Of a stretch of DNA of 64,000 bases, positions 37,423 through 46,436 are shown piece after piece (position 1 is the first letter of the stretch; every line of letters starts with the position of its first letter). Made by a program: the position numbers and the translations under genes. The stretch comes from a candidate division WOR-3 bacterium UBA1063 (GTDB lineage: Bacteria > Hydrothermota > Hydrothermia > UBA1063). The notes below the pieces were generated by a model, which did not search any database, was not told the DNA's origin, and saw only the letters and a list, made by a program, of their open reading frames with translations. The stretch covers positions 1,661 to 65,660 of the forward strand of contig DCDE01000035.1 in assembly GCA_002316275.1 (NCBI GenBank). Direction: 5' to 3'.

Positions 37423-37697
37423 AGGAATTTCAAAAACTCATCAAAGATATATATTTCATTAAGGATTCACGAAGGGGAAAGGCTGAAACATTCCAGTGGT
37501 TTGTAGAAGAAGTTGGTGAGCTAGCAAAGGCTTTAAGGCATGGGAAACCCGAAGAATTAAGCGAAGAATTATCTGACGTATGTGCATGGCTTTTTTCTTT
37601 AGCTAACCTAATCGAAATCGATATTGAATCATGCCTGCGGAAGTATACCCACGGGTGCCCAAAGTGTGGCAAAGTGCCTTGTAAATGCAAAGAATAA
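37413..37697 (+). CDS. MazG-like nucleotide pyrophosphohydrolase domain protein with C-terminal Cys4 zinc ribbon
   Basis: FQWFVEEVGELAKALR...ELSDVCAWLFSLANLIEID MazG core. HGCPKCGKVPCKC tail. Confidence 0.6.
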   Translation: MEIKEFQKLIKDIYFIKDSRRGKAETFQWFVEEVGELAKALRHGKPEELSEELSDVCAWLFSLANLIEIDIESCLRKYTHGCPKCGKVPCKCKE

Positions 37698-37704
37698 CCA
37701 AGCA

Positions 37705-38562
37705 ATGCGGGAAAGACAAGCGCTCTTTCTCATTGTACTCTCTTCTATAGTATGGAGTACATCCTTTCCTGCAGTAAAAGTAGGCTTGGAACAGATCCCA
37801 CCAGGGGCTTTCATTTTCCTTAGGTTTTTCACAGGTACCATATTTTACTTGATATTCATGAGAATTACCAGAGTAAAATTCAATAAAGCCATTCTAAAAG
37901 AGAAATTAGCCTACCTTCTAGGACTTTTAACCTTTTTCTCATATTTATTCCAATATGTTGGACAGAAATTCACTTTGGCTTCAAGGACGGCTCTGATTAT
38001 TAATCTTTTTGTATTGTGGGTTCCAATTCTTGCCGTACTCTTTTTGAAGGAAAAACTTCCCCGAAGATATGGGCTATCGTTGGCTTTCCTCCTCCCTGGC
38101 ATGCTTCTACTTTCTGCTGGAAAGAACCCTCAAGAAATATTAAGACCAGAAATCACGAAGGGTGATTTCATTGTGCTTCTTGCTTCCATCTGCTGGGCTT
38201 TATACACAATTATTTCAAAAAACCTTCTAAATAGATATTCTGCTCATGAAGTAAATCTCGTCACGTTTGGAATAACTGCCGCATTATCAATACCCTTCGC
38301 TTTATATTCTAAGACGCCCTTCAACGTGAACCTACAGAGTTCATTACTTCTCCTACATCTAAGCCTTGGCTGTACCGTTATCGCCTATTATCTATATGTT
38401 ACAGGTCTGAAATACGCCCCCGCAACGAAGAGCACCTTATTCGTGTCTCTTGAGGTTCTGTTCAGCTTCTTGATCGCCTTAATCTTCCTTGGAGAAAGAT
38501 GGGCACCCCTTGAGCTCTTGGGTGGTGCATTAATGCTTGTAGCAGTAGCCTTTGCGGCCTGA
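37705..38562 (+). CDS. EamA/DMT-family transporter
   Basis: Ten predicted TM helices in two EamA-like halves. Start moved to the ATG (MRERQALF...) after the MazG stop; the track ORF begins 81 nt earlier inside mazG. Confidence 0.65.
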   Translation: MRERQALFLIVLSSIVWSTSFPAVKVGLEQIPPGAFIFLRFFTGTIFYLIFMRITRVKFNKAILKEKLAYLLGLLTFFSYLFQYVGQKFTLASRTALIINLFVLWVPILAVLFLKEKLPRRYGLSLAFLLPGMLLLSAGKNPQEILRPEITKGDFIVLLASICWALYTIISKNLLNRYSAHEVNLVTFGITAALSIPFALYSKTPFNVNLQSSLLLLHLSLGCTVIAYYLYVTGLKYAPATKSTLFVSLEVLFSFLIALIFLGERWAPLELLGGALMLVAVAFAA

Positions 38563-38700
38563 TTGCACAGTAGTCCAAATCAAAACCATGCACAAGTTAC
38601 ACTCAAAATCTGAAGAAGCAAAAGCTGGTACAGCTTGCAATACTTGTTGTAAACGAAGTCCTCAAAGACTTACTTAATGGTAATTTACAAAAATACTAAA

Positions 38701-38775
38701 TGGGCAGAGGAGGATTTGAACCTCCGACCTCTGGTATGTGAGACCAGCGTTCTAACCAGACTGAACTATCTGCCC
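38701..38775 (-). tRNA. tRNA-Val (anticodon CAC)
   Basis: Hand-folded. Acceptor GGGCAGA/TCTGCCC+A. D-stem GTTC/GAAC. Anticodon stem CTGGT/ACCAG with loop CTCACAT. T-loop GGTTCAAATCC. Confidence 0.8.
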
Positions 38776-38834
38776 TTTTTTATTATACTGCAACTTCTAT
38801 GGATTCTAAAGGATTTTTTCATTATAATTAGCTT

Positions 38835-40286
38835 ATGAAGATACTCTGGTTGGATGACGAGATAGAATTCCTACAACCTCATATTATGTTTCTGGAAAGC
38901 GAAGGGCTAAAAGTCATTGGGGTAGATCACCCATTAAAAGCCCTGGAATTAGCAAAATTAGAGGCCTTTGATGTAATTCTTGTTGACTATAAAATGCCGC
39001 AGATTTCAGGAATTGAATTTGCCAGAGAAATAAAGAAAATGCATCCTAATATACCCCTGGTCCTCATAACAATGGTTCAGGATAAAGAGGTAATGGATGA
39101 AGCTTTATCCATCGACGTGTTTGATTACCTTGTAAAACCTGTACACCCTTCGCAGATCATGGCGGTCTTAAAAAAGCTGGAGCGAGACAAACTTAAAGAT
39201 CGGTCTGAAACACGTAGAATACTGGACTATTACAACATGCTTAACTCCCTTGGAAACAAATGGAAAGATTGGCTTGAAAAGGGAAGCATACTATTTAACT
39301 GGATGGTAGAAAGTCCTGAAGATGATTTGTTAAAAGAAGAAAGAAAATCAAAGAGTCTTGAATATGCTACGTGGATTATAGAAAATATGCCTTCTTTACT
39401 CGCTGATGACGAAGTTCCCTGGATTTTCAAAGTTTTTAAAAATGAAATAATTCCACTGCTACAAAACAGTGAACGAGTTACAGTTTTAGTTTTTGATAAT
39501 TTCCGATACGATCAGGCTCTCGACCTTTCTCAAACTATCCCCTCTTCATACAGGCTTGAAATTAAACCGATTTTTTCTGTGATTCCAACCGCCACACAAT
39601 TCGCAAGAAACTCCTTCTTTTCGGGGCATACTCCTTTTGACACAGATAGAAGAAATCAAGGATGGCTTCGGGATAACCTCCATGAAAAGGAGCTTCTTGA
39701 GCAAAACCTCGTTGAAAATAGCATAAGAAATTTATCGTTATTTGTAAAAAAAATAAACACTCTCGATGCTTTAAAGCAGGAATCCTTTCAGCATGGTGCG
39801 AAGTTAGAAGTATACGTTATAAACTTCTTTGACATGATCTTTCACCTTAGAGAAGAAGAATCGCCCCTCAGAGGACTTATCAAAAATGCTGAAGATTATT
39901 TAAATCTGTGTAAATTCATTTTAGAGACCTCTAAATTCCTTGAAAAATTAAATGTGCGACACATTTTCATTACCACGGATCACGGGTGGGTAAAAGGAGA
40001 AAAAGCTGTCGTGATTCAGGGAGGAGCAGAGGCAACCGAAGGGCTTAGATTCAAATTTGGTGATTCTCTAAAAGCCATAGAGGGTAAACCTATCGAGCTT
40101 TCCGACCTAAAGAGCTACGGAATCCCTCAAATTTCGAGACACCTTTTTTTAGCAAAAGGTTATGACTATTTTGTATACCAAAGTGACCCAGGAAAATATA
40201 AAAGAAAATATAAAGGGGGCCTGTATCACGGGGGAGTGAGCATCGAAGAGATGATCATACCCTTGATCAAACTGAGAAAAGGTTAA
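38835..40286 (+). CDS. porX: PorX-like response regulator (CheY-type receiver fused to PglZ alkaline-phosphatase-superfamily domain)
   Basis: REC domain with acidic pocket (LWLDDE...DVILVDYKMP...), conserved Thr/Lys region, PglZ-like C-terminus (HIFITTDHGW...GLYHGGVSIEEMIIPLIKL). Architecture matches the T9SS regulator PorX. No histidine kinase adjacent. Confidence 0.65.
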   Translation: MKILWLDDEIEFLQPHIMFLESEGLKVIGVDHPLKALELAKLEAFDVILVDYKMPQISGIEFAREIKKMHPNIPLVLITMVQDKEVMDEALSIDVFDYLVKPVHPSQIMAVLKKLERDKLKDRSETRRILDYYNMLNSLGNKWKDWLEKGSILFNWMVESPEDDLLKEERKSKSLEYATWIIENMPSLLADDEVPWIFKVFKNEIIPLLQNSERVTVLVFDNFRYDQALDLSQTIPSSYRLEIKPIFSVIPTATQFARNSFFSGHTPFDTDRRNQGWLRDNLHEKELLEQNLVENSIRNLSLFVKKINTLDALKQESFQHGAKLEVYVINFFDMIFHLREEESPLRGLIKNAEDYLNLCKFILETSKFLEKLNVRHIFITTDHGWVKGEKAVVIQGGAEATEGLRFKFGDSLKAIEGKPIELSDLKSYGIPQISRHLFLAKGYDYFVYQSDPGKYKRKYKGGLYHGGVSIEEMIIPLIKLRKG

Positions 40287-40287
40287 T

Positions 40288-41934
40288 TTACCTGAGCACA
40301 CCTATAAGTTCCCTCTTAATAAAAGTTTCGCCTTCAGGCGTACGTGCCTTAATTAACAAGATGTACATCCCCTCATCGAGAGTCTTACGATTAATTTCAG
40401 GCTGAACTACAAAGGTATACCTTCCATCAACCAAAACCTTGTTCTCGAAAAAGCATGTTACTTTTCTGCCATCGATCCTATACATTTCTGCTGTTACATA
40501 AACCGGAGCCTTCGGGAATTCCAGATCAGCCATCAAAACTGGAATCCCGCGCCCGGGTGCTAGGACCTTTGAAGAAAGGGATAATATAGCTTTACTTTCG
40601 GGGGGTTTTAAAAAGAGGCTGTTTTTTCTACCAGGGGTAGACCCTTCCTTAGAAGAGCCCCAATTGTATCGAGAATCAGATGGTAAAGCGTAGGAGAGCC
40701 GTTCTAAGGATAGGTTGCTCCCTCCTCCCCAGGTAGCAAGATAAGGCACCATATCCATTATAGAACCTGTTACATCGTAAAGGAACACAGTATCTCCCGT
40801 ATTGTTCAACGAAGGAAAATTAGCCAATACCAAACAATCAACAGCATCCAGTGGTTTCGGAGAAAAGACAACATATCCATCAGGTTGAAGCCAGAAACTC
40901 TCAGGCACTGGCTGCGACCTCCTAACGGGGTCTCCGATAGAAAAACTAAGAAGGTTTATCGAATCTTTAGAGCAATTGTAAACCTCAACCCATTCAACAT
41001 CAGCATTGTACATTATCTCATTTATGACCACAGGACTCTGCCCCACAAAAAACCCAATGCTGGTATCATAAAATACCGAATCTCCCGCATCACAAATCTG
41101 GATTCTAAAATATGCCACGTAATTCCCTGGAGTGAATGTAAAAGGGCCCAGATCAACAATAGATGAAGAATCAGGCGGTAGATTCACATATTTATCTTCG
41201 TAACCTTCTGGGTAACTCTCGCCAAAATTAAAAAAGAGGCGAAGATGTCCTAATGATTCAACACCCATATTCAAAAGAGACAAAAAAAACTTCACATCAT
41301 ACTCACCTTGCCGAGTATATCGAACCTCATTAATTTTCATACAGTATGGTCGAGATACGGAATTTATGAACCCACACGTATTACCAGAAGGCGCATCAGA
41401 ATACCTCCAGTTTGTACTTACATCTGGTCCAAAATAATACTTTCTCTCGAAACTGATTCCATCCTTAGAACGCAAAGGAAATCCACTTCCCGCTCCAAAA
41501 CTGGAAACTACCTGCCCATCTAAAGTGCATAAAGCAATAGTGTCATTGTACGATAAACCATTCCCGAGGTCCGCGTCCATAGTCGTAATGACTGCAACCG
41601 AATCAGGAAGCTCGTAAGGCATGAAACTTTCCCCCTCTATTACGTACTCCCTGTCAAGAATCACTCCGTAAGATTGGGGCGGGATTTTTGTGGTGGCTTT
41701 CACCTCTGGATAATAACGTAAAATCTCCACAAAAGGAACAAGGGAGTCAACATCGTTGTTATCTCTCAATTTATAACGGGCAATATTAATGGTATCCTCT
41801 GAAGGGTTAAATATTTCAATAAACTCATTTCTGTCCCCTGGAGATAGAGCCCCCGATTCGGGACCAAGGGGGTCCAGCATAATCTCTGTCATAATAGGAT
41901 GAGTAATGAGCACAAGTAAAATAGTGGGAATCAT
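40288..41934 (-). CDS. secreted protein with two lamin-tail (LTD) domains and T9SS CTD
   Basis: Start trimmed to ATG 41934 (MIPTILLVLITHP, signal-peptide-like), which forms an ATGA overlap with the dtd stop. LTD signatures NEFIEIFNPSEDTINIARY and VVINEIMYNADVEWVEVYNCS. C-terminal CTD-like MYRIDGRKV...GMYILLIKARTPEGETFIKRELIGVLR. Confidence 0.55.
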   Translation of the reverse strand: MIPTILLVLITHPIMTEIMLDPLGPESGALSPGDRNEFIEIFNPSEDTINIARYKLRDNNDVDSLVPFVEILRYYPEVKATTKIPPQSYGVILDREYVIEGESFMPYELPDSVAVITTMDADLGNGLSYNDTIALCTLDGQVVSSFGAGSGFPLRSKDGISFERKYYFGPDVSTNWRYSDAPSGNTCGFINSVSRPYCMKINEVRYTRQGEYDVKFFLSLLNMGVESLGHLRLFFNFGESYPEGYEDKYVNLPPDSSSIVDLGPFTFTPGNYVAYFRIQICDAGDSVFYDTSIGFFVGQSPVVINEIMYNADVEWVEVYNCSKDSINLLSFSIGDPVRRSQPVPESFWLQPDGYVVFSPKPLDAVDCLVLANFPSLNNTGDTVFLYDVTGSIMDMVPYLATWGGGSNLSLERLSYALPSDSRYNWGSSKEGSTPGRKNSLFLKPPESKAILSLSSKVLAPGRGIPVLMADLEFPKAPVYVTAEMYRIDGRKVTCFFENKVLVDGRYTFVVQPEINRKTLDEGMYILLIKARTPEGETFIKRELIGVLR

Positions 41935-42368
41935 AACTCGAGAACGAAGGTTACAGGCCCATAATTCAGTAGTTCTATTTCCATCCTCGCCTGAAAAACG
42001 CCTCTTTGAACTTTTACTCCAGATGATTCCATGAGGGCGCACAGTTTCTCGTAGAAAATACGCGCATTATCAGGACTCATACAATTATCAAAAGATGGCC
42101 TTCGACCCTTTTCAACGTCACCTTCAAGAGTGAAATTAGGAACCACAAGAACTTCAAAACCTTTATCTTGCACAGAGAGATTCATCTTCCCCTCACTGTC
42201 TTCAAAAATGCGTAATTCGACAATTTTTTTAGATACTTTGCTGAGTTTCTCTTCACTATCCTCTCTTGAAAAACCAACAAGCACAAGCAAACCTTCTGCA
42301 ATTGAGGAGATCTGGGTTCCATTTGCTCTGACCTTCGCCCACAAAACCCTTTGTACAACTGCTTTCAT
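41931..42368 (-). CDS. dtd: D-aminoacyl-tRNA deacylase
   Basis: 145 aa. MKAVVQRV...LLVLVGF...NFTLEGD motifs of the DTD fold. Confidence 0.85.
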   Translation of the reverse strand: MKAVVQRVLWAKVRANGTQISSIAEGLLVLVGFSREDSEEKLSKVSKKIVELRIFEDSEGKMNLSVQDKGFEVLVVPNFTLEGDVEKGRRPSFDNCMSPDNARIFYEKLCALMESSGVKVQRGVFQARMEIELLNYGPVTFVLEL

Positions 42369-42632
42369 CTGTGCCTCCCATTTTGGTACTAAAATAATGT
42401 TAAACTATACGATGTTATTTGACAAATTCTTATACACTGCCCCTTGGATGCGAAAATATTTCCCACTGGCATTACGATTTAAATAACCTACAATTAGTAG
42501 CCAGAGGCTTCTAGCTTAAACTTGCAGTGTGGATGCTAATTATAATAACAAATTCTCTGACATAAATATTCCATCTACAAACATTCATGGCTAAGAGTTG
42601 GACATTAAGATATTGATGCACTCATTTGGCTG

Positions 42633-42836
42633 TTATTCCTCTACCTTCCTAGCAGGATAGCCAATATTTTCAAGTTTTCCCAAAACAGTATCCAGATTAT
42701 CAGTCTCAATAATTAGAACTTTATGCTCCACATTAATCTCAAAGTCTCGTTCGCCTGCTTCCCTGAGAGCAGCATCTATTTTCATCTTGCAGTGGTTGCA
42801 ATGCATGTCAGGTATCTCGATTTTATATTTTGCCAT
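42633..42836 (-). CDS. copZ: copper chaperone, heavy-metal-associated domain
   Basis: 67 aa. MHCNHCKMKIDAAL MxCxxC metal-binding loop. Confidence 0.8.
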   Translation of the reverse strand: MAKYKIEIPDMHCNHCKMKIDAALREAGERDFEINVEHKVLIIETDNLDTVLGKLENIGYPARKVEE

Positions 42837-42844
42837 AAGTCCTC

Positions 42845-45013
42845 CTATTTTAACCTCAAAGAATTCAAAATAACACTTATTGAACTTATGCTCATAGCAA
42901 TTTCAGCAATGATTGGATTCACCAGACCCAACACAGCAAGCGGAATTGCTACAACATTATAACAGAATGCCCATAAAAGATTCTGTTTGATCTTTCGGAA
43001 AATTATACCTGAAAGATCAAGTAGGTCAACCAATTTTGAAATACCACCTTTAACGATCACTACGTCAGCATTTTCGATTGCAAGATCTGATCCTTGAGAA
43101 ATAGTAACGGAGATGTCCGCAGCCTTGAGGGCGGGACCGTCATTTATTCCGTCACCTACCATCAATACCTTACCACCAAGGACCTTGTAATAGTGAACCC
43201 AATCAACCTTACCCTTGGGCGTAACCTCGCCATGGACGTAGGAAATGTTTAACTTACGAGCAACAATTTCGGCAATATGTTTATTATCACCTGTGACCAG
43301 TACAGGTGTAATCCCCCGATCCCAAAGGCTTCTCACCGCCTCCTGACTATCCTCTCTAAGAGCATCTTCGACAACAAAATATCCTACGGCATTACCATCC
43401 TTCTTTACTTCAACAACGGACCTCCCGAGAAGGAAATGCTCTCTATACAGTTCCGGCTTTTCAGGTTTTCCAACACTATATCTAACACCATCGACAGTCG
43501 CTTCTACGCCCTCCCCAGCTTTCTCAATGAAATCCTCAACCTTAGCTTCTCCCATCTTACTTAAACTCGCTATGGCAAAACCGAGGGGATGGGTGGAGAG
43601 CTTCTCAACTGCGACAACCCTTGATAGATCTTCATCCTGGAGATTATGATATACCACTACAGGCTTACCGAGTGTCAAAGTCCCAGTTTTGTCAAAGAGG
43701 GCAAATTTAACCTCAAGAACCGTTTGAATAACTTCTGCATTTTTAATCAATATCCCTTTTCCTGAAGAGAGAATCGCCCCTCTAAGAAGTGCCATCGGTA
43801 TAGCAAGCCCCACGGCACAAGGACAGGCGATTACGATGGTACTCGTGGATGCAAAAAGTGCAAAAGAAATCCTCGAGTTTGTGTCCAAAATCCACGGGAA
43901 ATAATTTTTAAAACGCGCTAAAAAACCTTGCAAAGAATAAAATTTAAAGTACCAGAAGAAAAAACTTAAGATAGCGAGGATTACAACCACGGGAACAAAA
44001 TAATTAGTAATCCTGTCAGCAATTTTTTGTATGGGAATTCTCGTCCCCTGAACCTCTTCCATTAACTTGACCATGCTCGCGATCATAGAATCTTCCGCTT
44101 CTTTCTCTACAATTATTAAAAGTTTACCATTTAAATTTATCGTCCCCCCAATAACACTATCTCCTACCTCCCTATGAACTGGAGTTGATTCCCCCGTTAT
44201 CATCGATTCATCGATACTACCTGTCCCATCAACAATTCGCCCGTCGGCTGGAATCCTCTCGCCCGGTTTTACAATTACCACCATATTCTTTTTCAATGCA
44301 GAAACAGGAACTGTCACTTCTTCATTACCAATGATGGCTTTTGCTTCCCTTGGCCTCAAGGCAAGAAGCGCCTTTACTTCCTTAACTGCCTTATCACGGA
44401 GACTTGACTCTATGTATCTTCCGGCAAGATGAAGAGTAATTATCATAGCTCCGACCGTTCCAAAGGATTCGATAGGTAGTCCAGCTATCTTAAGGAAAGA
44501 GGTTAAAACAGAAACAATTGACCCCAAAGAAATCAACGTGTCCATATTAGCATGTAGGTGAGAAACCGCTATAAATGCTCCCTTTAAAGTGCTAAAACCT
44601 GCCACAAGAATGACAAAAAGCCCGAGTACTGCTTCAAGAACTGTGAAATATGGGATGTGCACCCCGCACATACGCAAAATCATAAAAAACATAAGTGGAG
44701 CCGTAAAAGTAAGCCCCAAAAGAAATCGTTTCTTCACATCCTTGTGCCTCTTTATCTCTTCCTCTTCGGGGGGCCTTTCACTTACCCCATAACCAACTCG
44801 GTTTACTGCTTTAGCAACCTCACTCAAAGAAACAGGCTCTTTGAGGACAATAAAAGCCGTATTTGTAGCAAGGTTCACTGAAGCAAATTTAACTTGTGGA
44901 AGCTTCATAAGTGCCTTTTCAACAGTTTTTGCACATGTAGCACATGTCATCCCGGTAATCGTCAAATTAAGCTTAAGGTCACTTTCACCCTTGGGAGGTG
45001 CCTCTCCACTCAT
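42845..45013 (-). CDS. copA: copper-translocating P1B-type ATPase
   Basis: N-terminal HMA GMTCATCAKTVEKAL. TM CPC motif (IACPCAVGLA). DKTGTLT phosphorylation site. STHPL (SEHPL-type) and GDGINDGPAL motifs. Confidence 0.9.
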   Translation of the reverse strand: MSGEAPPKGESDLKLNLTITGMTCATCAKTVEKALMKLPQVKFASVNLATNTAFIVLKEPVSLSEVAKAVNRVGYGVSERPPEEEEIKRHKDVKKRFLLGLTFTAPLMFFMILRMCGVHIPYFTVLEAVLGLFVILVAGFSTLKGAFIAVSHLHANMDTLISLGSIVSVLTSFLKIAGLPIESFGTVGAMIITLHLAGRYIESSLRDKAVKEVKALLALRPREAKAIIGNEEVTVPVSALKKNMVVIVKPGERIPADGRIVDGTGSIDESMITGESTPVHREVGDSVIGGTINLNGKLLIIVEKEAEDSMIASMVKLMEEVQGTRIPIQKIADRITNYFVPVVVILAILSFFFWYFKFYSLQGFLARFKNYFPWILDTNSRISFALFASTSTIVIACPCAVGLAIPMALLRGAILSSGKGILIKNAEVIQTVLEVKFALFDKTGTLTLGKPVVVYHNLQDEDLSRVVAVEKLSTHPLGFAIASLSKMGEAKVEDFIEKAGEGVEATVDGVRYSVGKPEKPELYREHFLLGRSVVEVKKDGNAVGYFVVEDALREDSQEAVRSLWDRGITPVLVTGDNKHIAEIVARKLNISYVHGEVTPKGKVDWVHYYKVLGGKVLMVGDGINDGPALKAADISVTISQGSDLAIENADVVIVKGGISKLVDLLDLSGIIFRKIKQNLLWAFCYNVVAIPLAVLGLVNPIIAEIAMSISSISVILNSLRLK

Positions 45014-45316
45014 ATTTAAATTATATCTCCGCCTGCCCCATCAATCCAAAATTTGAGCAAGTTGCCTGTTTTCAGTTATGGTGCGGAGAATAATTTTACA
45101 GTAGATAACCATTATAATTACCATCAAAAATGATAGAAATCCCAATAGTAAATGCCGAAAATCAACTATTAGACCAAGAATTCAACAATAATTATCTAAT
45201 ACATACTTTACGGAGTTCAAAAAATGCCGCCGCCGCACGCTCACTTCTAATATGTTTGCGGAGGAAAGAAACCTTTCTTAGCAAATCTCTGAAAATATCA
45301 AAAAAACAGAATTTTT

Positions 45317-46258
45317 ATGAATCTAAAACCGAAAGTTGTAATTAGTAAGTGTATTAATATTGCACCTGTGAGGTACAATGGAGAAATTATCTCTGACGAA
45401 TTCGCCAGAAAACTTGGAAAATATGTAGATTACATTGCGGTTTGCCCAGAGGTAGAAATTTGCCTTGGTGTCCCCAGGGCGCCTGTCATACTTATCAAGA
45501 ACAACGATGGAAAAGTTAAGATGATTGAGCCTCAAAAAGGTACTAACTATACGGAAGCTATGGAAAAATTTGCCAATGAATTCCTTTCAAATCTTAAAGA
45601 GGTAGACGGTTTTCTACTAAAAGCAAGATCACCAAGCTGCGGGGTAATGGATACTAAGCTGTATTCTACAATAAACGACGAGATTACCAATGGAGTAAGT
45701 GGGATTTTTGCGACTAAAGCTATGGAATACTTCGCAGACTTACCCGTAGAGGATGAGGACAGGCTTACGGATTACTGGATAAGATACAACTTCGTAACGC
45801 GTATATTTGCCTTATGCGACATAAGAACAAATCTTGTAAACGCAAAGGATATGAGAGAAATTCTTCAACTCCACGAGCGATACAATTATCTAATCATGTT
45901 ATACAGTCAAACAAAATTAAAAGAAATGAACCAACTTCTCACAAACTATAAAACCCAGGGATTCGGAGAGGTAAAAAACAAATATACCAAACTGTTCAAG
46001 AAAGCGCTAAAAAGACAACCGGGTCTTATATCCCACTACAATGTGCTGCGGCACATTATAGATCATTTTTCAGATAAATTATCTTCCGCCGAAAGGGAAC
46101 ACATTCAGAAAACACTTAACATGTTCCTGAAAGGAAATATCGCCCTTAATGACATTAATAAACTAATTAAGGAGCTCGCATTTCAATTCCAGGAGCATCA
46201 CTTACTTAATCAGGTTTATCTTAATCCATTTCCCAATGAGTTAAATAGAAACTGTTGA
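45317..46258 (+). CDS. DUF523 (TudS-like Fe-S thiouracil desulfidase family) fused to DUF1722 (YbgA-like)
   Basis: Three spaced Cys (VISKCI, AVCPEVE, RSPSCG) at positions matching the TudS [4Fe-4S] ligands. C-terminal helical DUF1722-like half. Recognition is from memory of the family, not a search. Confidence 0.45.
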   Translation: MNLKPKVVISKCINIAPVRYNGEIISDEFARKLGKYVDYIAVCPEVEICLGVPRAPVILIKNNDGKVKMIEPQKGTNYTEAMEKFANEFLSNLKEVDGFLLKARSPSCGVMDTKLYSTINDEITNGVSGIFATKAMEYFADLPVEDEDRLTDYWIRYNFVTRIFALCDIRTNLVNAKDMREILQLHERYNYLIMLYSQTKLKEMNQLLTNYKTQGFGEVKNKYTKLFKKALKRQPGLISHYNVLRHIIDHFSDKLSSAEREHIQKTLNMFLKGNIALNDINKLIKELAFQFQEHHLLNQVYLNPFPNELNRNC

Positions 46259-46387
46259 AGGACTCAAAAACTTAAATAACCATTCTTTCTGTCAGTTCCT
46301 AAATTTTTGTCCAAACAGACTGTCATAATCTTACCTCAAACAAAAATACATGGGGGCGCACCATTGATGAAAATTGATGAAAAAAGA

Positions 46388-46416
46388 ATTGACAGTTTTT
46401 CAAAAGAGAAGTAAAA
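46388..46416 (+). promoter_or_regulatory. near-consensus sigma-70-type promoter (TTGACA-17 nt-TAAAAT) for the 949-aa T9SS propeller gene
   Basis: ttgaca at 46388..46393, 17-nt spacer, taaaat at 46411..46416, then GGGGGTGAG SD and ATG at 46437. Two tandem ATTGATGAAA repeats lie immediately upstream. Confidence 0.4.
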
Positions 46417-46436
46417 TTTAACGAAGGGGGTGAGTA

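Noticed and set aside
38622-38650. Hairpin AAGCTG-GTA-CAGCTT downstream of the EamA transporter gene
   Set aside because: A 6-bp stem with a 3-nt loop and only a partial T-tract (TACTTGTTGT). It is plausibly a weak terminator before tRNA-Val but is below my threshold.
38835-40286. The PglZ domain taken as evidence of a BREX phage-defence system
   Set aside because: PglZ is fused to a CheY receiver (PorX architecture). No pglX, brxC, brxL or brxA-like genes are in the window. The T9SS cargo context favours a PorX-type regulator.
45014-45345. ORF 45130..45345 (71 aa) and possible metal-responsive operator in the copA upstream region
   Set aside because: The small ORF is low-complexity with no SD or homology signal. 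I found no convincing palindrome resembling CsoR, CueR or CopY boxes, and no regulator gene adjacent.
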